Positions 26,601-37,843 of a DNA stretch of 64,000 bases are shown one piece after another. This DNA comes from Trichosphaerium sp. ATCC 40318 (lineage: Eukaryota; Protista; Tubulinea). The notes beneath the pieces were generated by a model, which did no database searches, was not told the DNA's origin, and was given only the letters and a program-made list of their open reading frames with translations. Each line of letters begins with the position of its first letter. Positions within the stretch are counted from its first letter, which is position 1. Position numbers and translations under genes: made by a program. The stretch is taken from contig JALMLS010000150.1 of assembly GCA_038496445.1 (NCBI GenBank), positions 1 to 64,000 on the forward strand. Reading direction: 5' to 3'.

Positions 26601-29600
26601 AGTCTAGCAAGACCACGACATCCCTTTTGAGAGGCTACGTAGACATCAGGATTTACTAGGTGTCTATCAAATCCTGGGCAGGCAACAGCAAAACCACTAA
26701 ACAAAATGAGACAAAAAGTTCGTAGTCTCACAAGGCGTCTTACCGTTTAGCGTATTTGTAAAGACGAGCTTCGTATGTAGCACTACGCCTTGACATATCA
26801 ATTAAATTATAACGCTTTGTGATTGCACGTCTTGCACGTGGCAAAGCAAATACTTTTTGACCAGTAAAAGCAACTAGGTAGGTGTTAATAGTGGCACGTG
26901 TTGTGATAAAACAAAAGAATGGTACCTCCACAACAATCAATATCAAATCCAGTAAGAACCTCAGCAGGTGAGGAGAATAATCGCAAAGATACTTTTACGT
27001 TGCGAACAGGATATGTGCCAATAATTATAGCAGAACGCGCTGTACGAATAATTTCGCATGAAGCGTTTGTGTTTGATTGAATAGTGAAATAAATGTGCTT
27101 CAACTAGAAACAAGGTGTGAGCTAACAAGCACAACTATGAACACTTTTCGTACCTTATCTGTGGCCTCCTCTTCGGTAAGCCCATACAAGTATAGATCAA
27201 TGTCCGAATCAGCAAATCCTTTCTTAGCGCCAAGAAGAGATCCTAGAACGGAACCTCCAGCTCCAATAACGTTTTCCCAGTTGAGACCTTCAAGAACACC
27301 TTTGCTGAACTCTTCAAAGTTATCTTTGAAGTTACTCAGTTTAGGTACAATAGCAAGCTGGGAGTCAGGTACACGACGCATGGTTTGTAGTAGTTTTGGG
27401 ATATTCAACTATCAAAAGGTTAAGACCAAAGATTTTCTTATAATTGTGAATCTTACCTCATCCTTGCTTTCTTCTGCGAATTCGAATGACTCTACGTTTT
27501 CATAGACGTTGAGGCACGATGTGAATGGATCAGATAGTTTAAAGTGCTTCTTGTCTTTTAAAAATAACTCACGAAGTTGATCTTAAGAAAAAGTAAGAAA
27601 AAATAGAGCAGAGCGTAATGAAACAAACTATGTACCTTCTTGTCGTTTAAGTTTAGCATTAGCTTCACCGATAACTTTTGAAATACTCGATCCATAGCTT
27701 CCAGTAGCCTTTAGGAATGCCTTTGAAGTACCCCAATCGTTTTTGGAAGAACCAGAAACCGATGAAGATAAATTGAGCATAGAAGAGGTTAAGCTATCTG
27801 CTTAAACAGTTAAATAAGAAGAGCGTCACTTGTGTATGGCGTACCAGATAGTCTGCCAAACTTCATTCTCTTTGGCTCTTGATCAAGGCTAGATTTGAGT
27901 GTGTAGTTCTTATCTTTTGTGCTAGCAGTCAAAGGTATGTTGTCATCATCGTCTTTTGTTCTCTTTCCAAGGATGGATAATTTGGAAGGCTGCAAAATGC
28001 TGTTTGATAGCAGTGACTTCTTAGGTGTGGAAGTGTATTTTGAGGTAGTGTATGACTTTTTCTTGTATGAACTTGCCCATGATGGTTTCGAAGGTGGTTG
28101 TGGCTCCGGTTTTTTAAACACTAAATTAGAGTAAGAAACAGATATCTTTTGCACTGAGGTTATTAATACCTGAAGCTTCAGCGTTGGCATCTTCCAAAGG
28201 CATAGAAAGCATTGCACGCTCAGCTGCCATTACAGGTGCCTTAACATCAGGAACTCTATCGTGTGCTGTATCGCCAGTTGCTGTAAATTCAACAAGGTAC
28301 TGTTGACATTGTTGCTTTGTATCAAAGATAACATATTCCTCATCTTTGAAGTCAGAACTAGGGTCCATGGATTTGCTAAAGAATGCCTTGTTAGCATAAA
28401 GTAATGAATGAACCAGATGTCGGTACCTGACACCGTGAACACTGTGGAATCCAGAAGGAGCGTCAGTGAGGCCATAGGTTACCTTGGTGTAATCTTTTAC
28501 TGTACCAAGTGACACGAGACACATAAGCGCCATACGTGTTCCTTTACCACCACAAGTGGTGTATTGTGCTGAAGTGGAGATAGAGTCACCAAAGTAAATA
28601 CCATTACCTAAGAGGCCTCCATCTGTTCTTTTTCCGCCCATAGAAACAACAACCTTTGGCATGAGAACACCACGAGATAAGAGACCGACGAAATTACTCA
28701 ATCGAGAACCGTGGTACAATAATCGTTGGTTATGCATGTTTCCAGCGAACTGAAGGCGCTCTCCATGGCGATCCAAAGAGTAAATATTTTTGATGCTGTA
28801 CTCCTTGGAATCTTCATCTACAACAGAACCGAGAACAGTAGCTCGCATGCGCTTAAACTCCTCACTATCTTGTGCTAGTGATACTATATCCGTCTTGAGC
28901 GCTTTGTATTGCATACCAATTGCGCTAGAAGCGCCAACAGATGTGCTAACCTGTGAAGCAAGTTAATTGAATTCGTCATGTTTTCAATGGCACTTACATT
29001 AAGCATATCTTTCATCAATTGCAACATTTCTTGTTTCTCCTCAAATAATCTCATTGAATTAATGACAGAGTCACGAATGGCATCACGTGAGCGGCCAATT
29101 TGGTGAGGGATGATAGTGTAAAAGTGGTTTGACAACTCTTCCATACTGGACTTAACATGTGATCCAGATTTACCGCTCTTGAAAACGTCATACAACTCTT
29201 GCAGAATCCCTTCACCCTACACGTGCAAACATTAGCTTTATCGTACATTTAAGTACTAAACAAATTAATGTACCTTCTTAATTTGTTTTAGGGTTACAAC
29301 ACCGAGAGGTGTTTCAATGCCCTTTGCTGTGATTTTGATTTTACCCAAAGTGGTTGACAACGCCTTTTTGGCTTCTGTGTAGATATACGACGTTAAATCC
29401 TCAACTTCAGGTGTGACCTTTACAGGCTCAGATAGAGAAAATGCAACCTCTGGTGGTGGCTCCTCGCTTCCAAGAGATTTGAGCTATAGGGAAAAGGTTT
29501 AGTTGAAAACTGTAACAATTGTTTCTAGTAACTTACTTTCTCGGAACCAATGTTACTGGCAACAAGATCAACTCTTCTATATCCCTTCTTTCCTGTTTTT

Positions 29601-30845
29601 TCAATGATTACAGACGCATACAGATTCTAAGTAAGTGTAAGAATGTATTTTGAACAAAACGTGTTAAAAAGAAACGAAAAGAGAGACCAAAAGTCAGGAC
29701 GTACTTTAGCATGGGCGAGGGAAGTGCAATATCTGTTTTCCTTTCTGCCAGCCTCTGGGTTTTTTATCAAATCTCCAGTACGACCATAATGCGTGAACAA
29801 ACGGTACACTTTATTAGCACCCTTCAAAGCAGCATGTAGTTCGATGCAGTAGTATTTGTTCATGTTATTCTTAACATCTGTCCACTAAAACAAGATTGAT
29901 CTCAGTTAGACAAACACTCACAGCTGCAGTTTTGTCGTACCTGTAATACATCGTAGTACAAAATATCAAAATCCTTTGGGAATGGCTGCTCGCTAGGTGA
30001 GCCAACACGGATAGCCTTCACCTTTTTTACTGGACCAGACAACGTGGATGGTCCTGGAGTGATAGCACCTCCCATGGCTAATTTGGAGCCTAAAACAAGC
30101 TAATAAGAAACTGCAGGATTGATAATGTTAATTTATCTTTACCTTCGCCTCCAGAGTGCTGTTGTGCGTGTTCTTTTTGCATTTCTAAGCGCTTTTTTTG
30201 TTTTTCTTGTTCCTTTTTAAGACGCTCTTCCTCTGCTCGTTTTTTTGCTTCAATCACTTGAAGTTGCTCCTCTGTAATAAATTCCCGATCGTAGGAGAAG
30301 TATTCAGCTTTCTAAACCGATTATTTAGTACAAAAGTTCTTTCTGAAATGCTCGGCACGTGGGCGGTAAAGAAGCTGTTTTTAGTACACAAAAAAATTTG
30401 AATACTCAAAAGTGGCCTGTTTTTGTCGTACTTTAGGTGTAGAGACGTCTTTTGAAAGTAAAAAGCCCGCTTCTTCTGCTTTTGTTTGAAGTTGAATAGA
30501 AGCGTTGATGAATCCTTCAGATACTACCTTTACGCCATACTTGAGCGCAGACTTGACTTTGTAGTTGTCAGCCTGTACAAGTTTTTGTGTCGTTACCAGG
30601 TGAGTTGTCTTATTCGGTGTCAGTGATCAATACGTAAGCTGAGCGGTTTTTTTTCGTTTTAAATGTTTTAGAGGAAAAGTAAATTGGCGGTTGTGTAAAT
30701 TGCCGTGGTGTAGTCGCACTTTGCTGGTTATCAAGAAGGAAGGTTTGCCGCCATATTCTTTGATCCTCTTAAGAAAGTCGGCTGGATTTATAGATAGGCC
30801 ACTTGTAGCAGCGATAATCAAACCCGCAAGCGGTTTATCAGTCAT
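23670..30845 (-). CDS. Poly(ADP-ribose) polymerase fusion: BRCT - WGR - PARP regulatory - PARP catalytic - nucleotidyltransferase-like - ankyrin repeats
   Basis: BRCT (TTHLV..VKVVSEGFI), WGR (NKYYCIELH..FTHYGRTG) and regulatory (LSNHFYTIIPH) motifs. Catalytic H-Y-E (LLYHGS, GIYFGD, DEEYVIFD). NTase GAGGSV..SDIDLYLYG..GFDIDCC..RRSATYEARLYKYAKRGF. Ankyrins TPLHHAV, TPTHVAA, WPIHIAS, NALHYA. Exons splice in frame by GT-AG. Confidence 0.85.
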
Positions 30846-30962
30846 TGCGTGAGCTGTTTGAAGCGTTTCCAAGCAAATAAAAAAATGTTTAATTTGGTTT
30901 AGCCAACAACACAAGACTATCTCTGACCGTTCGACAAACGCTTGTCATTTATTCTGTAACTG

Positions 30963-33213
30963 ATGGAACTCGCCAAAAGTCAAGTACGTAAACGCGTACA
31001 GCAACGCACATACTTACGTGATTGCTTAAGGAAGAACGCGAGAAAGCGCAGTTTGAATTGGTTTTACACCCTGATATAGTACCTGGCGTTGAGGATAAGT
31101 TCTTGACAGACGAGCTTGAATGCCACAACACGAAGGTAACGCAATTAGACATTTTTGGATGAATTAGGACGTACTAATTGCTTCTAGGATACGGTGTGTA
31201 CATGTCATTTGCAGTCTTGGCGCCAGAAGCATCCAGACACATTGCTGTTTTTTAGCGATCAAAAAAGGTTTGGCATGTATTTGAGACAAGCTCTACTTCC
31301 ACACGGCTGGGCTCAGGCAAGTATTACATCCATGCTTACAAAAAGAAATGAAGTCAATTTGTTAGCGAAAACGCTGACGTACATGAACCAATTTAAGCGC
31401 AATATCGACGATAACCGCTTTTTATTCAAAATCTGTTTCAAGAAAAAAACAAGCTAACACATTCTAGCTATACTACTGCAGGGAATCGCGCCTACGTTCT
31501 GCTAATAATGAAACAAAATGCTTGAATCTTGCTCGAGCACGCCTTTTTGTCAGTAGACTTTTATGTTAGTGAATAATTTTTCTCAATTTCCTTCCAGGAG
31601 AGCGTAGTTGATACAATCAATCTTTTTTGGCTTAAAAAGAGAACTGTCATCCCTGTTCAGGTACGAGGCTTTTGTCGCACTTCATCTTCATAAAGAAATG
31701 AAGTGTCAGGTACTGACATTATTGTAAAGAAGCTAAGACCATTACAACAACTATTAAATCACATTCCGTCGGAATATCATCTGTGTAACAAAGGTAGGCA
31801 ATAGAAAAATCCAAACTAATTTTTTGACACCATAGTTTTCTTTGCTGACTTTATTTTCTCTCAGCGTACTTGGGAAATAATGCACAAGAATTTATGCATA
31901 AGTACCCTCTTATATCAAAAGTAGGACGTTTCGTACCAGGTTTCGTGTCAATCATGATTTAATTCGATATTTCAAATAGCAATATGATTTTTGTATTCAA
32001 TTTTTTTCTCACTTGTGACGTTAGAAACCTACGATTTATCAAAACCAGAACAGTTTACAAAACTAAAAAAAGATATGGAAAAAGGAGATACACAATTTAT
32101 AGTAAAACCTTCAAGGTTGTCACGTGAGTACCTTTTTTCCGTCAACAGAAGCAAACTTCGAAGAAAAATAAGCAGTACTGAAAGATTCGCTGATTATTCT
32201 TAAGGTGGCCGTGGTATATTTGTTGCATCTAATGAAGATGCTCTTTATAAAGGACTCAAACTACCAAAGGGCGAAACAAAGCATGACGAATATATTGCTC
32301 AACGTTATGTGCAGAATTTGTTGTTATACAAAGGAAGAAAATTTGATGTCAGAACATACTTGTTTATTGCAAGCTGCAAGCCATGGTATTTATCTCATAA
32401 TTCTAGCATATCATCCTAACAATGCGTCTAAAGGGTGGTACTATTCCATGAAGGTTACATACGTGTTAATATAGAAGAGTTTGAAGAAGATGATTTTGAC
32501 AACAAATACAAGCATATTTCTAACGTTACTGCCCAAAAGTGCGTCCAAGTGAATGTATGTAAAATCTAACTGTGACTATCCAGAGATCATCCATCTTTCA
32601 AAAATCAATATCTGGACACTAAAATATCATTTGATGATTTGCAAGCACATTTATTGGAGTCTGGACAGGTGGACGATCCAAATTTTATAAAAAATGTTTT
32701 AGGTACCTTGGGATTTGACATAAACACATTACAGTGACTACTTCTTCTACGGGCTTATAACTATTTAGAACCAAAATTGATGTATGTCACAAAGCTAGCG
32801 TTCAAGAGTGTACAGTTCAAGATGGCAAGATTACAGACATGCTTTGCTTTTGTTGGTACGAAACAAAACTTCTTCGTTTTTTGCAAGATATAATTTAAAG
32901 ATTACAATGTTCCGAGTGTTAACAAATATGTGCTTACTTTTAGGAACTGATTTTCTTTTGGATAAATCAATGAAACCGTGGTTGATAGAATTCAGTAAAA
33001 GTCCTAGTGCTCACGACTCATTTAAAGAACCAGGTAAGCTCTCTCTTTTTTTTTTGATTAATGAAGGCTCAAAATCTGTTTTTAGGAAGATTGATGCCTG
33101 GTCTTGTAAAAGAGCTAGCGAATATTTTAGTAGAGATAAGAGAAAGGAAGATTGCTGGAGAAAAGGATTTCAGTGAGTTAAAGTCATTAAAGGACTTTAA
33201 ACGAATCATGTAA
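30963..33213 (+). CDS. Tubulin-tyrosine-ligase-like (TTLL) ATP-grasp protein
   Basis: LNHIP..LCNK, FIVKPS..GRGIF, IAQRYVQN..GRKFDVRTY, GYIR, HISN, GTDFLLD..PWLIE. Confidence 0.9.
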
Positions 33214-33454
33214 CATATGCCATAAAAAAACGAATTTGCAAATTTTTTTTAAGTACTTATAATACCTTTTTCTTTGCCTTCTTATGCTTAAGATAATACA
33301 CCATTATCATACAATCTCTTATACTCCTTCCATAAACAAAAAACAGTTCGTGAAGTTGACCATACACCGAATAAAGCACGTGTCATGTGTGCTTAAACAA
33401 GTACTGGAGTAGAGCAAAGAAGGAAAAAACCAACTGCAGGAAAGTAAAGTGTAC

Positions 33455-33690
33455 TATTTACATGCAACAGACTTTTTTGATAGCTTCAGTAAAAAAAGAT
33501 TAATTTTAGTACTGCTGAGACTAATGTGTGACTCTGAGACTGTAATATGATTACTCTAACTTAACACATGTCAATACCTTAATAAACAGTTAATTACAAT
33601 AGTCTACGTCGTCTTAACCTTACAGTATGAACTCCTACCAACGTTTTGATGCCTTTGTCTGTCACTTCAGTACAGTTGAGATCCTTATGA
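33455..33690 (-). pseudogene. Degenerate fragments of a tandem paralog of the F-box/LRR gene
   Basis: Contains DLNCTEVTDKGIKTLVGVHT and ISLSST-KINLF pieces, plus a copy of the LRR gene 3' UTR (CATGCAACAGA..TTTTTTGATAGCTTC, compare 34062-34090). Confidence 0.75.
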
Positions 33691-34108
33691 CATGAAGGCT
33701 GGGGATGTGTACACTTTTCATGCACTATTGTTTGGCTCCAGACACTAACAAATAGAGATAATAGTTAAGGTACAGAATCAATGGGACATAGGATAGTGCA
33801 TACATAAAAGCAGAAAAAACTCGCCTGGGGAGAGCGTATACAACACAAAATAATTTTGGTACACCAAGACATTCCTAAAACCAAAGGCACCTGAAGTAAG
33901 TATACAAGTTTAGGAATGACTACTCAATGTTTATAGCAGTCATCAATACCACGTTACATTACAAGCATAGTGTCACCTTGGCGGATGATATTTGTATTAC
34001 ATTAAAAACGGAATTACAAAAAAAACTTGTGCAGCATTTTTTTCTGGAACTTTACGTGTTACATGCAACAGAGATTTTTTTGATAGCTTCTGTCATTTTG
34101 TTACATGA

Positions 34109-35029
34109 TTATTTCATAATCTCCAGCCAATGGTTATTGTCTTTTTCTGTCAGATAAATTTTATGAACCCCTGTTAACGCTTTGATGCCTTTGTCTGTCA
34201 CTTCAGTATAAAAAAGATTAATTGTATGAACTCCAACCAATGCTTCGATACCTTTGTCTGTTACTCTAGTACTGCTGAGACAAATTGTATGAACTCCAGC
34301 CAACGCTTTGATGCCTTTGTCTGTCACTTTAGTACAACCAAGATCAATTGTATGAACTCCAGCCAGTGCTTTGATGCCTTTATCTGTCACATCAGTATAG
34401 TTGAGATTAATTGTATGAACTCCAGCCAATGCTTTGATGCCTTTATCTGTCACTTGAGTATAGGTGAGATTAATTGTATGAACTCCAGCCAATGCTTTGA
34501 TGCCTTTATCTGTCACTCGAGTACAACTAAGATCAATTTTATGAACTCCAGCCAATGCTTTGATGCCTTTATCAGTTACACTAGCAGTACCACTGAGATT
34601 AATTGTATGAACTCCAGCCAACGCTTTGATGCCTTTATTTGTCACTTGAGTATAGGTGAGATTAATTGTATGTACTCCAGCAAGTGCTTTGATAAAGCTT
34701 TCACTCACGTTCTTATAAATACTATGAACAGAAAAAGCTTGTTGAATGTATGTTTTAAAGTCATACCCTGTCATCTCATAATAAATATCAACTTGGCATG
34801 TGTTTAAATGAAAAGGAAACTGTTGTTGATGATAATCTTTGAGCTGTTTCTTGTTTTCGATTGTAATGACTATCTTGGGTGTGTAACCCAAATAATCTTT
34901 TACTATACACGAAAATACAGAACATACTACCCTCATGTAGGGTAAGTACACGCCAGGAATAAAATTAAGGATAACAGCCCATATTTCGGTCGGTATTTGA
35001 TCAATTATCCCAGTAGTGCGTGTTTCCAT
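34109..35029 (-). CDS. Intronless F-box plus 21-aa leucine-rich-repeat protein
   Basis: N-terminal IDQIPTEIWAVILNFI..MRVVCSVF (F-box), then about 8.5 tandem GIKALAGVHTINLxxTxVTDK units (63-nt period). Confidence 0.9.
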   Translation of the reverse strand: METRTTGIIDQIPTEIWAVILNFIPGVYLPYMRVVCSVFSCIVKDYLGYTPKIVITIENKKQLKDYHQQQFPFHLNTCQVDIYYEMTGYDFKTYIQQAFSVHSIYKNVSESFIKALAGVHTINLTYTQVTNKGIKALAGVHTINLSGTASVTDKGIKALAGVHKIDLSCTRVTDKGIKALAGVHTINLTYTQVTDKGIKALAGVHTINLNYTDVTDKGIKALAGVHTIDLGCTKVTDKGIKALAGVHTICLSSTRVTDKGIEALVGVHTINLFYTEVTDKGIKALTGVHKIYLTEKDNNHWLEIMK

Positions 35030-35077
35030 TGTCTTTATTTATTAAAATCACGTTTTATAAAACCTAGGAGGTTTATA

Positions 35078-35179
35078 TCCAAGGAGTACGGAAGAGGCGC
35101 GGTTATCTTATTTATTCCCCTGAGATAGTGATCTCCGGGCGGTGTACAATACAAGGGAATCACACTCCGTGAACTTGGA
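35078..35179 (-). other. Putative structured RNA element just upstream of the F-box/LRR start
   Basis: Locally GC-rich. Nested stems TCCAAG/CTTGGA, ACGGA/TCCGT, ATTCCCTTG/CAGGGGAAT and GAGAT/ATCTC, with G-U pairs on the minus strand. Confidence 0.4.
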
Positions 35180-35416
35180 GGTGTTAAATTTTTACTCTTG
35201 CACTAGTCGAACTCTTGAAAGTTGCCTTATAGTCAATTGTTCGCTTAACATCACAGTGCGTTTGAGTAGTCTCATTCAACATTCTTTTATTTCTGACTAC
35301 TAACACAGAAGTTACAATTACGACGTCAAAAGGAGAGATGAAACATAACAAATTTAAAGTACAATTTATTTTTACTACCAACCGGCGAACAAGCCTTGAA
35401 AAAAATTAAGTTTGTG

Positions 35417-37458
35417 TCACTCGCTTTGATAGCTACTAGCCCAAGTTGTTAAATGAGATTTCCAAGACTTAAAAGTATCCTTTGAGTAAAAAGCTATAAC
35501 CCAAACCTTGCCCTCAACCTTATTCGATACCCTCAAGCAAAAGTCTTTACCTTTACACTGTACAGCAACAACTTTAGCTCCTGCAAGTGATATATGCTTT
35601 GACTGGTTCAAGAGACAAGCCTCAGTCTTCCAATACTGCAATTGTCCATTCTTTAACTTGAAATAACGAGCAGGCCATTTAGTGCCTAGCAAAGCCTTTT
35701 TTCTAAGCAATAGATGTGCTGTAGCTTGTGCGTTTGGTAGCATCATTGGAGGTCCTTGCTCTTTGATTTGTTTTTTAAGTCTTTCAATCTCGTTCTGTTG
35801 ATTTGTAAGCAAGTTCTGTTGTCTGTCAATCATTCCTTTGAGATGTAAGACTTCCTCAACTAGAAACATTTTGTTATCACTTATAACCCTAAACAACAAT
35901 ATTACATACCTATACTGCCACTTCCGCTTGAACCCGATAAACTATTATCGCCTTCAGAATAAGCAGCTTTACGGTAGGACAACCTAAGATTTGTACTTTC
36001 TTCAGAGTCATTATCAAATATACGAGATCTTGAACTTTCAGAGTTATAAATAGCAACTGGAGGTACATGTGCTACTTTATGTTTTTTAAAACTATAAGAT
36101 GACTGTTCTCGTTCATCAAAGTCACTACTCCCACTACTGTAGGAACTAGAATCAACGACGACAACTCTACAAAAAAGCGCATTAAAACAAGAGCAAAAAA
36201 AAACTGAGAAAGTTCTTACTTGTCTGCACGTTCACTCTCTTCTGTAGTTTGACTCTACAAGCGAAAGTTAGAGTAGTATTCACCCACTAGTTAGAGAGTA
36301 TTTGGGCTGCTTACCTTGAAGGAAAACTCTTTGCTGTGTTCAGTATCACGTGACTTAGGTGAAGTAGGTGATAATGGTGTATCAGAAAGCTCTTCAGAGC
36401 TTTCTCCACTTGTACTAGTATCACGACTATGTCGTGAATTGTTACTTTTATAATTAACTATCTGCAACTTTTTTTGAGATGCTCGTTCTATACGCAAGAT
36501 GATTAAACAAAGGTTCAAGTATGCGCGATTATAACGCACTCAATGCGCGTCTTGTCTCTACGAGTTTTAGCCAACGTGCATTGTCAAGAACTAAAGTAAA
36601 AGTAAGCGACTTCATCATGTGGAATGTGTTAAATTGGTGATAAAAGATGTACCATCAATTGTCCATGGTGATCCTGGCGCGTGTTTGCCCTTTACTTTAA
36701 CTACAACATCAACGCATTTCTAAATAGTGTTACATTGCATACACAAAGAACAAATAAACTCAAAAAAAAGAGCACTCAAAACACCAAATAAAAAACCTGT
36801 CAAAAGCTTCTGTTTTTTTTTTTGTTTACCATATTGTCAATCCAAAATTCGTAGTCGAAGCTACCATTTGCATTATCGTATACTTGTATATTTGCGTCAC
36901 CACTTATTTTAACAGATATTTCCTTTCTTTTAACGTATAAGAAGCTAGAATAGGCTATTGCGGTTGCGTACCTGTTTGGATGGCGTACTGTGAAAGATGT
37001 GACTTGGCCAAGGCGAACTGGATCTTGAAGTGCTGGTCCCGAACATAGAGCATTATTTTTGTCCTATGATAACAGTGTTACACCAAAAAGATGTTTTCAG
37101 AATAGTTTCAGTTGTTTTCTGACAAACTAGTTTACGATGAGGCCTAAGTTATTCTTTACGCGCAGAGACTACAAACGCAAAGCTAAATATGAAAAAGAAG
37201 TGTTCCCTGTGGTACAAATGCGTACGGCATATTTCTTTGCGCGAGGAGACATGAGGGAGTTTGTAAGGCTCGATGACTGCGTCAGGTCTTCTAAATTTCG
37301 GTATTTGTAACGTTGTCTTGTACACTTCTAAAATTACCTGTTTCTTCAACATCATAGGCTCCATAGTCCACTCGCCTTACTTTACGCTTCTGGGCTAAAG
37401 TTAGATTTTTTTTTAAAGGGGTAGTTTGTACTTTGCTGGTTCGTTCAGATTTCATCAT
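35417..37458 (-). CDS. Filamin-type Ig repeat, Ser-rich linker, coiled coil and C-terminal PH domain protein
   Basis: Filamin repeat CSGPAL..GQVTSFTV..VYDNANGSFDYEF..VKVKGKHAPGSPW. PH domain KWPARYFKLKNGQLQYWK..ISLAGAKV..FKSWKSHL. Confidence 0.8.
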
Positions 37459-37843
37459 TCATAGCGTCAGTGTTACAATCAATGTAAAATACGTAGACTT
37501 TGACGTCTATTGACTGCGATTGATGTCTTTTTACTCAAACTTAGCATACGCCTTACGTCATCACTAGTCTGTTGGATCTAGCGGTAAATACTTATTATTT
37601 TCTTCATGTACTAAGGCTTATGACAAGTCCTTTAGGAACTGAGACACAACCGAAGTCACAGCCACCTACAAAGCTCTTGGTTTTGGTTGAACACGTGCAA
37701 CAAGAAATCTTACAAAGATTAACAAATCCGCCCACATGTTGGGATTGAGTGCTCGTTTTTACCAATGGAAAGAGAAATCACATATTCATAAGATATTGTT
37801 GTGCTGACCTCTGCCACAGTCAAGGAAAAACAGTTTTTCCATT

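Noticed and set aside
34180-34700. CRISPR-like or DGR-like repeat array
   Set aside because: These are in-frame 63-nt coding repeats without unique spacers, and there is no cas or reverse transcriptase gene in the window.
34226-34807. 193-aa plus-strand Cys-rich repeat ORF
   Set aside because: Antisense shadow of the LRR repeats.
35088-35180. TPP or lysine riboswitch (CTGAGA..GAACTTG; AGAGGCGC) on the plus strand
   Set aside because: Spacing is wrong, the P5/GCG-AGG and other core motifs are missing, and the neighbours are unrelated to thiamine or lysine.
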